From positions 372,001-436,000 of the forward strand of contig NIVC01000245.1 of NCBI GenBank assembly GCA_002269645.1: a stretch of 64,000 nucleotides of DNA, read 5' to 3'. Made by a program: the position numbers and the translations under genes. Under the pieces are notes generated by a model. The model saw nothing but the letters and a program-made list of their open reading frames with translations. It did no database searches and was not told the origin of the DNA. Below are positions 1 through 12,068 of this stretch, piece by piece. Position 1 is the first letter of the stretch. Each line of letters opens with the position of its first letter. The stretch is from Macrostomum lignano (taxonomy: Eukaryota).

Positions 1-83
1 GCTGGGAGGCTGGACTCGGGAAGATGGCGTGAGGCCGCGGTTTGGGGGTTGCGCCAAGCCGAGCCGGAAGACTCCAAGCCATG

Positions 84-326
84 TGTTGTGTATTGCAAAG
101 GCATGCAATGCGTAGGGATAGTTCGGGGACAGGGTTTCTAGAAACTTCCACAGCAGGACTTGTTTACGCATTGTTCCAGAAGTTTCCTCTCCCGGTCTTT
201 CTAGAACTTTCCTTCCCCTCGTGCATAAATACACGAGCCGCCCTCATTTGGCTAAGCCCTCTTTTGGTGCCACTGAGCGCCCGGATAATTATCTATCTTG
301 TTTCTGCGTTCGTAAATTCAACAACA
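84..326 (+). mobile_element. LTR-like segment (solo or partial LTR candidate)
   Basis: Begins TGTTG (84) and ends CAACA (326), the usual LTR terminal inverted pair; contains three HSEs and a TATA-like CATAAATA. No TSD, PBS or PPT found, so the call is tentative. Confidence 0.35.
135..237 (+). promoter_or_regulatory. three perfect heat-shock elements followed by a TATA-like box
   Basis: TTCtaGAAacTTC (136-148), TTCcaGAAgtTTC (174-186), TTCtaGAActTTC (199-211); CATAAATA at 224-231 flanked by CTCGTG/CACGAG. Confidence 0.6.
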
Positions 327-460
327 GAACACCCTGCTCTTTTTGCTTCCGGGTGAAAGCGATTGGGGGCAGAGCTCCAATCTGTTCTTGCATCAATTTT
401 AATATATACATGTACCGATGTTTGGGGTGCTCAAGATGCCACACTCAATGCCCGGGGTTT

Positions 461-682
461 AAATCCCACAATCACCAGAAATTCACTCCCAATTACCAGA
501 CAGTCACTCTTAACCAACAGAGTAACTCCCAATCACCAGTTGAGACAGCCACTCCTAATTACCAGAAAGTCACTCTTTGATCACCAGTTGAGTCGAGAAA
601 GTCACTCCCAATTACAAAAAAGTCAATCACCAGTTAAGAAAGTCACTCCCAATCACCAGAAAGTCACTCCCAATCACCATAC
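461..682. repeat. degenerate 21-bp minisatellite (AAAGTCACTCCCAATCACCAG)
   Basis: Tandem imperfect copies read directly. Confidence 0.8.
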
Positions 683-952
683 CATGACTCTAAAATACCG
701 GAAGTCGTACATGCAGATCTCGCTGCACAGCTCCACCGTCACCGCGAATGATGGCTGTTTGACTGCAGTGAGGCATATTGAAACCGGTATGTATGGAGTG
801 GTTTTTCAGCTACGAGTACAGTGTACATGCATGGCTTTTCGTATAGATATGAGCTGTGTTGCAGATGGAGCATCAATGTCTGCCAGTCTGCCTGACTACT
901 AATCAACTTCGTAAGGTCCCTTTTTGGAGGTGAGGTGGGTGTCAACCACCTC

Positions 953-1028
953 ATGCCGCAGGCGACCCTCCCGACATGTATGCCGCAGGCGACCCTCCCG
1001 ACATGTATGTCGCAGGCGACCCTCCCGA
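953..1028. repeat. 27-bp tandem repeat, about 3 copies (ATGCCGCAGGCGACCCTCCCGACATGT)
   Basis: Direct reading. Confidence 0.9.
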
Positions 1029-1227
1029 ATTTTGTTTATTACTCGTAGCTTCGAGAACAATTGCCGTTTGTATTAGAGAAAGTGGACGCTGATTTTTGGG
1101 TCAAAAAATATTTGTGTAGCTATATTATGGTAAAAGTCCTGTTAATCAAAACAGTGTCTCATCTTTTTCAACACAACGCTCATCATTTGCTACAACTTAA
1201 AAACAAGAATTTAATGAGAAATATCAG

Positions 1228-2045
1228 ATCATTGAACAGCGGGTCACAGGCGGCAAGTCACAGAAGGGCTGCAGAGATCTATGTAGAAGAAAATTACGTG
1301 TCGCTTGCCATAGCTAAGCCGCTAAATTGTAAAACACCGCAACGAAACAGCAGCTTTTACATTACATGGGTAGGCCCAGCCTGTGCTGTAACTACCTCAA
1401 AAACTTTCAATGATATCCTAAAATAAACAAAAAATCGATTAACGCTTAGAAAAGAAAACTTTAGTACATTTAAATAACATTCATGTACGTTTACATGCAT
1501 GTGTAGCCATAGCACTCAAAAAAACACAAATATATCTACAAGGTTACAAATCTTTAAAAGTCTAATAAAAGGCGTATTATTCTACATATAAAAGTCTGCT
1601 CGTGAAAAATATGCAAGATCAATAAAATATACAACATCCAACATCGAATTTAAAATTTAAGCAAGGACTTTCATCATTGAACAGCGGGTCACGGCAAGTC
1701 ACAGAAGGGCTGCAGAGATCTACATGTAGAAAATAATGTGTCTACAGCTTCCTAGGCCTCTAAATTGTAAACTCACCGCAACAAGGCGACTCTCAAAAAC
1801 TTTTAATGCTCTTAGAATAACAAAAATCCATAAAAATGGTTGAACTGAATTCAGGAGAAAATAACAAATAACATGTACTTTTACATGTGTAGCAGTAGCA
1901 CTCAAAAAACACAAATGAATCTACGAAGTGTCATCATTAGAAGTCCAGCTACTAAATAAGAAGCGTATTATTTTACATGGGAAAGCCTGCTCAAGAAAAA
2001 AAGCCTTCAAAAGATCAATAAAATTTGCAACCACCAAATTCAAAT
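1228..2045. repeat. diverged tandem duplication of about 445 bp
   Basis: ATCATTGAACAGCGGGTCAC...AAGTCACAGAAGGGCTGCAGAGATCTA at 1228 and 1673; further shared blocks (AGCACTCAAAAAA, GCGTATTATT, AAGATCAATAAAAT) keep the same order. Confidence 0.8.
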
Positions 2046-2355
2046 GTCAGCAAAGATTAGCAGTGAGAACGTATATTAGTACAAGAAAGAAAGTAAAACA
2101 TTATTAATAAATAAACAAAACTCAGATGGCTCAATAAAAAGTCTAGGAAACAAATTTTTGTAGGTCTCACAGCGTACTGATTTTTTAAATTACGCTCGTA
2201 TATTATCAAACGATGGCATAATTTTTGCATTTAAAAAATCAATAGCTACTCTTGTTAAGCATCGACGGAACCATCAATTCACGGATATCCAAGCTTGTCA
2301 ATATATAAAAAAAGATTGAAGAATTGTTTAAAAAAAGCTTGACGATCTGTTTCTT

Positions 2356-5137
2356 TTAGCTTAAGGATAATTCTCGAATCCAATCCTGCTTTGCAGTTCG
2401 ATCTCTGCACCGCGAATCGTCAACAAAATCAGCCGGCGTTTTGCCTTCGTTGTTCTTCCAGCTGAACACTTCTGCTCCAATTTTATCGTAGATGAACTGG
2501 AGAGAGTCAACTGTCTGCCACTCAGCAGCCAGATGGACTGGCGTGTCACCGTATCTGTCAAGAACTCTGAGACCGTCGCTTCCGACCTCCTCAACCAGCC
2601 ACTTCAGATTCAAGTTTGCACAATTCACAGCAGCAATATGATATGTTGTTCTATCACACGGTCCATTCAGCCGAAAGCAGTCAGTTCCGATTTCTCTCTT
2701 GATCCACTCCAGCGATTCGACGCATTGATACTCCGCGGCAAAATGAACCGCCGTGTCACCTCTACAGTCAGGAACTGTGAGACAGTCGCTGCCGAGCTCC
2801 TTCACCAGCCACTTCAGATTTGAATTGTCAGACCTCTCAGCAGCAAAGTGAAATGCTGTTCTATCCAACAACGGCCCTTTGTCTGGAAGCAGTCAGTTCC
2901 GAGCTCACTCTTGATCCACTCAAGCGATTCGACGCCCTGATGCTGAGCGGCTAAATGGACCGTCGTGGTACCGTCTGTATCAGGAACTGTTAAACAGTCG
3001 CTGTCATCATTTCGCACAAGCCATTTTAGATTTACGCAGTCAGACTTTTTAGCAGCAAAGTGAAATGCTGTTCTATCCAAAAACCCCTTGGTCCGGAAGC
3101 AGTCAGTTCCGAGCTCTCTCTTGATCCACTCCAGCGACTCGATGCCCTGATGCTGAGCGGCAAAATGTACGGCCGTGTCACCAAATTTGTCAGGAGCCGT
3201 GAGCCAGTCACTGTTATACAACCTCACCAGCCACTCAAGACTTGAACTGTCTGACTTATGAGCAGCGTAATGAAATGTTGTTCTTTCACTTAAATCTTTC
3301 AACCCAAAGCAGCGTCTGCAGTCATTTTCGGGGAGCTCATTCATTATCATATTCAGAGACTGAGTGTCCTGCTGATATCTGGTGGCGAAATGGATCGCCG
3401 TGATACCAGATTTGTCAGGAACAGTCAGGTAACGGTCGTCAAACTCGTTCACCAGCCACATCAGATTTGAATCATCAGATTTCTGTGCAGCGAAGTGAAA
3501 GGCCGTTTTATCACGGTCTCCCTTAATCTTAAAGCAGTCAGTTCCGATCTCTCTCTTTATCCATTCTAATGAGTCGATGCTCTGATGCTCAGCGGCAAAA
3601 TGAACGGCCGTGTCACCATATTCGTCAGGAACTGTGAGACAGTCGCTGCCGATGACTTTTACCAACCACTTCAGATTTGAATTTTCAGATTTTAAAGATG
3701 CAATGTGAAACGCTGCTCGATCTAAGAATCCCTTCAGTCGGAAGCAGTCAGTTCCGATCTGTCCCTTGATCAATTCAAGCGACTCGATGCCTTGATGCTT
3801 AGCGACCAAATGGACGACCGTGTCACCTCTATAGTCAGGAACTGTGAGGCAGTCGCTGCCGAGCTCCTTCACAAACCACTCCAGATTTGAATGGTCAGAC
3901 TTCTTAGCAGCAAAGTGAAATGCTGTCCTATCACGATATCATTTAAGCCGAAAGCATTCGGTGCCGATCTCACTCTTGATCCACTCCAGCGACTCGATGC
4001 CCTGGTGCATAGAGGCCAAGTGGACAGCCGTGTTACCGTCTCTATCAGGAACGGTGAGACAGCTGTTGTTGAACGCTCTCGACAGCCACATTAGATTTGA
4101 AGGGTCCATGTTCTGAGCAGCATAGTGAAACACTGATCTAACACGGTCTCCTCTTTGTCGGATGCAGTCAGTTCCGATCTCTCTCTTGATCCACTCCAGC
4201 GACTCGACGCCCTGATGCTTGATGGCCAAGTGGACAGCCGTGATACGCGATGAGTCAGGAACTGTGAGACAGTCGCTATCAAACTCTCTCATCAGCCACT
4301 TTAGAACTGAAGAATCAGGGTTCTGAGCAGCATAGTGACACGCGGATCTACAAATGATGATCCTTTCGTCGAAAGCAGTCAATGCCGATGACTCTCTTGA
4401 TCCACTCCAGCGACTCGATGCTCTGATGCTGAGCGGCTAAGTGGACGGCCGTGGTGCCGTCTCTATCAGGAACTGTGAGACAGTTGCTTCCTAACTCATT
4501 CACAAACCACTTCAGATTTGAATTGTCAGACTTCTCAGCAGCAAAGTGAAATGCTGTTCTATTAGGCTCTCCCTTCAGCTTAAAGCAGTCAGTTCCGATC
4601 TCACTCTTGATCCACTCCAGCGATTCGATTCCCTGATACTTGGCGGCTAAATGGACGGCTCTGTTACCTCGATAGTCAGGAATTGTGATATGAAATCTGC
4701 CAACCATCGCCAGCCATTTCAGACACGAATTACATTCTGTGTTCATAGCAGCAAAGTGAGTGACTGACATTCTGCAATGATTTGCATTTATCAAGATGTC
4801 TCTGCCTCCCTTCTCGATCTGTAATCAGCTTTATCCAAGATTCGTCTTTATGCATGGCTGTCAAGTGCACTGGAGTCTCACCCATATCGTATCTACACTA
4901 CAAACAGGCGGGTCCGAATCTGTCAATCAGCAGCTCCAGGCAGGACAAACTCACCGGCTTGCAGGCCACGTGATGGGCCAGTGACTGGTGCAGCACATCA
5001 GAGTGAAACATTCCTTTATCATACCCACCAACAGTCAGCCAGATGTTGTCGTCAGTCCCAGCGCATAGTTGCAGCAATTCCACGCTGTCACCAGCCTCCA
5101 GCGCCGCTCTCAGTTTTTGCTCCATCTCTGTTGCCAT
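2356..5137 (-). pseudogene. intronless ankyrin-repeat gene (about 24 repeats as 70-aa dimers), disrupted
   Basis: Five consecutive ORF pieces with GDTAVHLAA / DRTAFHFAA ankyrin motifs. In-frame TAG at 4898-4900, in-frame TGA at 3939-3941, frameshifts near 4830, 4355 and 2870. No intron found that bypasses the lesions. Confidence 0.8.
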
Positions 5138-5802
5138 GCTCGAACTGCTTTTTCAAGTAGCGGTTTTCTGTTGGTTTTCTGTCCTGCTATAGCAGTCCCA
5201 GGCGGCTTCAAACTAAGTGCTTTTCTCGTCTTAAAGTTTATAATTTGCCAGCTACTTTTGCAGAAGCAACACTGCAGCGCAATAAGCCTCTGCTGTCTCT
5301 AACCTTTAGTTACGCAGAAGCTTTTTTAAATTGACTACACTGTAGCTAGGAGACAGATTCTCTTCTTTAAGCCCTCTAGCTCTCCTGCATTACTTCAGTG
5401 GGTCTCAGCGCAGCTTCTCAGTTCAGTTGGGAGGGGTTAGCTAGGGCCTAGAGATGAACGAACAATGCATTTCTATTAGCAATGTACAGGTGAGATTACT
5501 CAGCAGTGAGGTGAATGAAATTATTCTAGAATTATTTAGATTTCTCTAATTCCGATCTCACTGAGCTCATGGAGCCAGAAATCTCCATGATCTCCATGAT
5601 CACATCATCTCACTGATCTCACTGAGAATTACAGAATTATTCTAAAAATGGTTACAAATTCTAGAATGATAAGTGGAAAATGAAAGCCTTGAACTTTTAT
5701 TATTCCTGGTGCCCTGCGATCTATTTGTTTATATCGAGGATTTTTCTTAGGAACTTTAGTAGAAAAAATCTCAAATTTGTCAAACAGAAACAGAGTGGGT
5801 GG

Positions 5803-8635
5803 TGTGGTAGGGCGAAACTACCACTGTTTGACGAATGACTCAATTTAACGTGACCCGCTGATGGCCCTTTCCGTCATCCGCTGCCCCATCCCCTGCCCCA
5901 TCCCTTGCCCCATCGTTTGGCGTAAGAATTATTTTGTTTTTATTTCTTTGTTTTTTCCGGTAGCTCCGTCCGCTGCCCCATCCCCTGCGGCCCATCCTTT
6001 GCCAACCCTTGCCCCATCCCGTTGATTTCATTTAGCAAGTTTCTCTATATATAACTAAGCTCCTTGTTGGGCAAGTTAATCGTTAAGTTACTAGCTCCTA
6101 TATTTACTCAGCACCCCGGCTCCGCCGGCAGTCTCGCTCGTTAGCAACAATAATCTTTTAGTCGGTCGAAAACCAACAATTAATAATAAAAACGCCTGAT
6201 GCTCATAATTATTTTCATTAACTAATCGAAGCCCTTAATAGTTTATCTTGAGTTATTTGCCCACGGGGCGTAAAACAACCGAATTAATCTCAACTCCGAA
6301 CGAGCTCTGAGATCTCTACGTTCCGTAATACGAAATTACGGTGGTGGCAGTGCTACTCTATTATCTACTACTGTTAGTAATCAGTTAAGCAAATCGGCGA
6401 ACAGTGAAATTTACGGTGTCAAGACCGCTGTGTCTACAATCTGAACGACCGTGCCTGCTCAAGACCGCTCGACTGCGATTACAACTACCCTCCACCCGGA
6501 ATTGAGGACCCGGCAGACGGAGTATCAAAGGAAAAAAGCGTTTCGAACCATTCAGTGAAACTTTCCGGCTTTACAAGTGCCAAGATAATTCGAAGGCGGG
6601 AATTCAAAGTTCTAGAAAAATTCTTTTTCGATCCGCCCTCATGAGGTGGGGGTGGAGAAGATTTAAACTCTTGGGTTGAAGGTCGGCCGAAATTCTTCGA
6701 AACCGGTGGCGTTGCGTTCGCACGAATAAAACCGGAAAATCGCGCAGATGAATCACAACGGAATTTCTTCTCCTTTTTCTCCGACTGCCGGGTTCTCAAG
6801 TCCGGGGGGAGGGTAGTCGTAATCGTAGCAGAGCGGTCGTTTAGCGGCTCGGGTCGTTCAAAGCGATGAAACACCGGAGATTTCTGGCTCCGTAAATTAA
6901 TGCGCCGATGTGTTGAGCTGGTTACTTTCAGTAGGGTAGTTGCTGCCACCACCGTAATTTACGTATTACGGAACGGATAAGTCTCAGAGCTTTCTTTGAG
7001 ATGAGAACTTGGTTATTTTACGCCCCACGGGCAAATGACTCAATAAATGCTATGGCTTATGTCAACAGATTAAATATGATTCGGAATAAAGGTTTATAGG
7101 CTTGGTTTATTAATAATAATGCAGGCTTATGTTTAGTAACTTTAATATTTCAGACGACGGAGATGTTCACGGGCGCCGGTGCGCTAAATAAACTTAGAAA
7201 ATAACGAAAATTAAACTTAGTGAACCAAAAGGTAGATCAAGGAAACAGGGAGAGGGGGTGAAGGCCAAAAGAGTTAGAAAACAACTCATCATGCGCAGAT
7301 TATAAATAAAGAGCGAATTACATGCACATCGTTTGGAAGATAAACTGGACAGGCCGATGGAGCAAAGTTTCAATGCGTGGAAACTTTGGGTGGACGGCTT
7401 GCCGCAAAGGAAAAAGAAGAAAACTTTAACAAAAATCCATCGCAAGGGAGCGCGTTTTAGCAACAAGTGGAAAACTAAAAACAGTGGCTGGACGGCCACT
7501 TGACGGAAAATGATGCACCAAGATTCACTGGATGGATACGAAAAGTCAAAATTAATGTTTCTTGTGCATGCAACTTAGCGTAATGGTTTTGAGGTGGGGG
7601 TGGAGAAGAACTTTCTTAGAACGGTTGTTTTTGAATTTGCTGACACCAGTGAGGTGGGGCGGATTCCTCGTTTGAAGTGCCGCCGGCGTTGAGTTCGTAC
7701 GAATAAAACCGGAAAAAACGCGCAGACGAATCACAACGAAATTTCTTCTCCTGTTTTACTCCGACAGCCGGGTCCTCAAGTCCGGGGGGGAGGGTAGTTG
7801 TAATCGTAGCGGAGCGGTCGTATAGCGGCCCGGTCGTTCAGATCCGTAGACTCAATTGGTCTAGACACCGTAAATCTGCTTTTGAATTGTCGTACTGATT
7901 ACTGTCAGTAGAGTAGCGCTGCCACCACCGTAATTTAATCCGTATTACGGAACGTTGGGATCTCAGAGCTCGCTTAAGTTGAAATCGATTCGGTTGTTTA
8001 ACGCCCCACGGGCAAATAACTCAAGATAAACTATTATGGGCTTCGTTAACGGGATAGACTTAATTATTAGTTAATTAATATTATTTATTGATGTTGTATT
8101 AGCAGGCGTAAATTGGCAAAATATAAAGTTGAATTCAGACGATTGATCCTCGGCCGGTGCCGGGTGTGAACGACTAACTAAACAAACTAGTAGATCAGAG
8201 ACTAAATAAGTACTAATTTAACTTTGAGCACAAAAGAAACTAAACACTAAACAGACGAGTACACGAGGGTACACGAAGCGGAACGGAAACGGAAAACGAA
8301 CAAGTACGAGGCAGGGGAAAGGAAAGAAAAGGGGGGAGGAGGGAGAATGAAAACTTGCGGCCCGAAATGGCCTTAATAAATAGTGGGGCGATGTCGTCCG
8401 GACGGGGATGGGGCAGCAGATGGGGTAGGAAGGCGAAGGATGGGGCAGGAGATGGGACGAAGGATGGGGCATCGGACGACAACAAAGCCGGGAATGAGAA
8501 TAACAAAAAAATTACGCGCGACGGCAAAAGATGGGGCGAGGGATGGGACATGGGACGGCGCATCGGGTGACACAGAACGCGAGAGTCATTACGGTGAGGT
8601 CACCTGTTCCAAACGTGGTAGTGCGCCCTACCACA
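5803..8635. mobile_element. cluster of three diverged LTR/leader-like units: one plus (5803-~6560), two minus (~6570-7500, ~7510-8635)
   Basis: Outer ends are inverted (TGTGGTAGGGCG at 5803, CGCCCTACCACA ending 8635). Shared blocks in all three units: GAGTYATTTGCCC..GGGGCGT, CCGTAAT..ATTACGG-TGGTGGCAG, ACTACCCTCC..CCGGA.TTGAG.ACCCGGC. No coding domain recognised. Confidence 0.55.
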
Positions 8636-10958
8636 GTTTCATTAAATTTTCATCAGTGGCACTCGACTGCCACACTCACCTCAGTGGCATGATAATTAAT
8701 GTTTATTTAATACTGCCCATGATTATTATGTAGGCCTAATGGTTTCGAGATGTTTTTTTATACAAAAAAAACAAATTGAAGCAAGAGTTATATAGGCCCT
8801 AGCCATAGGTCTATTGTTCGGTAGTCAGAAGCATTTACTGCTGACTGTTGATTTTAGACCTAGGCCTAGCTCACCCTTTCGCCAATGCCAACGAAGCCAA
8901 GGGGGACGACCAACGTTATCCATAGGGCATACGCCTATTCATTTTATAATTTTTTGTTAGGCCTACGATTTTCGCTCAGCCAGATGAAGCATGTTGGCAA
9001 TAATGTTTCGTTTTATTTATAAGCCCATGTTATCTAGATTCTATTTTAGGCCTAGGGCCTAGGCCAATTCATCAAGATTCAAGTATTTTTCGAGAATCAG
9101 TCAACCAAAGAACACTAAAATATCTACTAGAGCAGAGCGAAGGTATAGGTATACAGGAAGTTAGTAAGGCAGGAAACCAGGATCTTAATGTAGATGAGTC
9201 AGGCAATACATTTGTATTGTAAGCTAGCTAGGCCTAAATAGACAAGCTGAGTAGCTAGGCCTAGGCCACCTAGGCCCAGTAGTAGTATAGCAGCATGCTA
9301 GACACTGTCACTAGGACAGGAGTGTCAGAGAAAACTTGAGTAAACAAGGGAAATGGGTTGTAGGCCTATATTTGCTTGCATAAGAGAAAGTTCCACAAAA
9401 TGTATAAATTTACAAATAAAAAACTAAAAATTTCCCGGCATTTTCATTAAGCACAATAGTGATTTAGCTTGCTATCGATGTAAGAAATATATATAAAAAA
9501 GCTAGTACCAATTCAAATGAAAAATAGGCCTAATTTCACAAATGAAACTGCACTAGTGCCACAAAGCTTAGTCACATGGGAAGTTTCTAGAAAGAATCTA
9601 TCTCAATATGACACTTGGCATACATTTTGCCTTCCAAACTATAGCCTATAAGCTTAGAAAATGACTTTTTTCATTTTTATATATATTTTGTAAGCTTTCA
9701 CTTTTTATTATAACATTCACTTTGTATTGGCTATGTTAGGTTTATTAGGCCTATTTGGATTTTATATCTTGACAATTTATCCTAAGTAAGAGTCTCCATC
9801 ATAGTCAACAACTAGGCTACCTAGCAACAACTAGCATTGAGCTCAGCTAGGCCTATGGAAATAGACCAGTTAGTAGTGCTTGGCTCAGCTAGGGTAGTGT
9901 TTGAACTAGTGGCATATTAGATAAATATGCTAGGTTTAGGAGGCTTAGTCAGGCTTAATTTAAGGCAAAATTGAGAGTTTTCAGCCTTTGACTCTAGAAA
10001 TAGCTTGATAAACTATAGTGTTCCGCCATAGCCATAGCTATGGCTATGGGATCCCATGGCAAATAGGGTAAAATAGGTGCCTATGCCTATGGCAATTATG
10101 GATATGCTTAGCTTATGGTAGCTATCTGCTCTTATAGCTACTACTATAGAAATATAGTATTTGCTATCACATTCTATAGATTCCCATAGCCACAGTTAAT
10201 CATTTAAAAAATTGAAAAATATTAAAAACAGGTAAATAAAACAAAGATGCTTTAGTAAACTGTATTATCAACTTAGAAACTTATAAAATATACCTAATAA
10301 AGTACAATAAAACACTAGCAAACTCTAATTTTTATTATTATGAAAAAGTTATAGCTTTAGTACTTTCAGTAGCAATTAAGTATTGTTGTTCTATAAAAAT
10401 ACAAAATATATTTTTACAAAGCCAATCAAGTGTTTCTTTTTTTTCTAACTTAATTTGCAGTTGTTAAAGCACTAGGTTATCTTCTTGATTTAAAATATTT
10501 TGTTTTCTAGACTTTGTTAAAACTAAGGCTATGGTATGGGGGGTATGGCTATAGGAACTACAGGAATATGGTAATATTGGGGTCCCTACGGCTATGGCAT
10601 ATGGACCCTCCTTATGGCGGAACACTAATAAACTACCTAAGCTAGTAATAGAAGCTCTTGCATTGCCTCTTGATGCAGGGAACTTACATGAAAAGCTCAT
10701 AAGTTTAATAAAAGTTGAATGTTTAATGTAGAAATTTTTTCACCTTTAAAGCAGGAAACAAAGCTAGAAACCTGTCCTTATATTCTTTATTAGGGGTTAG
10801 ATTGGATGTGATCACAATTGTAAGCACAATTTAATGAATTCATTACCATTTTTTAACAATTGTGATTTCCTTAAAACCCATTCATGAAGTTGTGAATGTA
10901 TGCTTACTTTTTTATTCAAATTATAACTTTTGTTTTTGATTTATTGAAATAGGTAACC

Positions 10959-11407
10959 AGTTGTTGTTTTGCCCATAAACTGTTTCAGCCATGGAAATTT
11001 TGCCCTCGGACCATTTTGCCCATAGACTATTTTGGCCATAGACCATTTCTAAACTTTATGGTTTAAAACTATGTGCTTTGATTCTCATTTTTGGTGACAA
11101 ATCTTATTCTTTTAGTATTTTGGCTTTATCTTGCTTGTAATCAAAACCCTTTCTTACTCTGTGATTGTTTAAATTGGCTTTAATTGTCACACTTTTGAAA
11201 GGAATGACTTTTATTACATATTAAAACAAAAAATTAGCATTGAAAAAGAAAATAAAGATACATATATGGCTGTATCTCTAAACTATATAATCACCATTTT
11301 GGCCAAAATGCCTATAACCAAACTGGTTTATAGGCAAAATTGACTATAGATGAAATGATCTAGGGGCAAAATGTCTATGGTTAAAACAGTTTAAGGGTAA
11401 AACAACT
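10959..11407. mobile_element. MITE-like non-autonomous DNA element
   Basis: Imperfect terminal inverted repeats of about 80 bp (AGTTG..TTTTGCCCATAAACTGTTT vs AAACAGTTTAAGGGTAAAACAACT) with subterminal CATTTTGCCC motifs; AT-rich interior; TSD not resolved. Confidence 0.5.
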
Positions 11408-11848
11408 AGAATTCACTGAAATAAAAAAGTGAACACATATGTGTAAAACAGTAATATATTTTATATTTGTTGACTGACTTGACACTGACAGCATTACCGA
11501 GTATCTATTATCTAATATATAATGGTTTCTTTGCTTCCTTTTCTTTATGCAACATGCAAGAAATGTTGCATAACTTGATAGCCTCAACAAAATCCTTTGC
11601 TAAGGACTTTGCTAAGCAAACTGCTTTAATGTATTATCCAATCTGTCAATTGCACCTTTGTCATGCAATGAGACAAATAAGTTCTAGCTTAGTTCTTCTA
11701 GCTGAAACTCTGATAGGCCATCTTGGTGAAATGGAACATAAATTGATTCCTTAATTGGGTAGCTGGTCCACTGCTCCAAAATTAACACTGTCTATGAGTA
11801 ATAAAAGTCTATGTAGTAGAACAGGGGTTGAAGTACAATACTTGAATA

Positions 11849-12068
11849 TGTAATAACATTAAAGGCAAAGGCTGGCTTGTTGCACGAATTCAGTTTGCTC
11901 TGCTGAGCTTAGAATCGCAGAGACACCGGAAAGGAAGTGCGGTTCCCAAGCAGAGTGGGAGGCACCTTTAAGGAGTATATTTGGGGTGGGTGCGCCCTGA
12001 GCTTCGTAGAGGGAAGGCAGTGGGACTCACATAGACAGTGGAAAGATACAATGGGGTGAGTCACACGC

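Noticed and set aside
6181-6210. Hammerhead ribozyme check for a Penelope-type interpretation of the 5.8-8.6 kb units
   Set aside because: CTGATGC does not match the CTGANGA core, and no matching GAAA/stem arrangement was seen.
9580-9592. Single perfect HSE (GAAgtTTCtaGAA)
   Set aside because: Isolated, in AT-rich DNA with no adjacent gene or TATA; plausible by chance.
8730-9960. High density of TAGGCCTA/CTAG palindromic words
   Set aside because: No periodicity, termini or ORF; treated as low-complexity or decayed repeat DNA.
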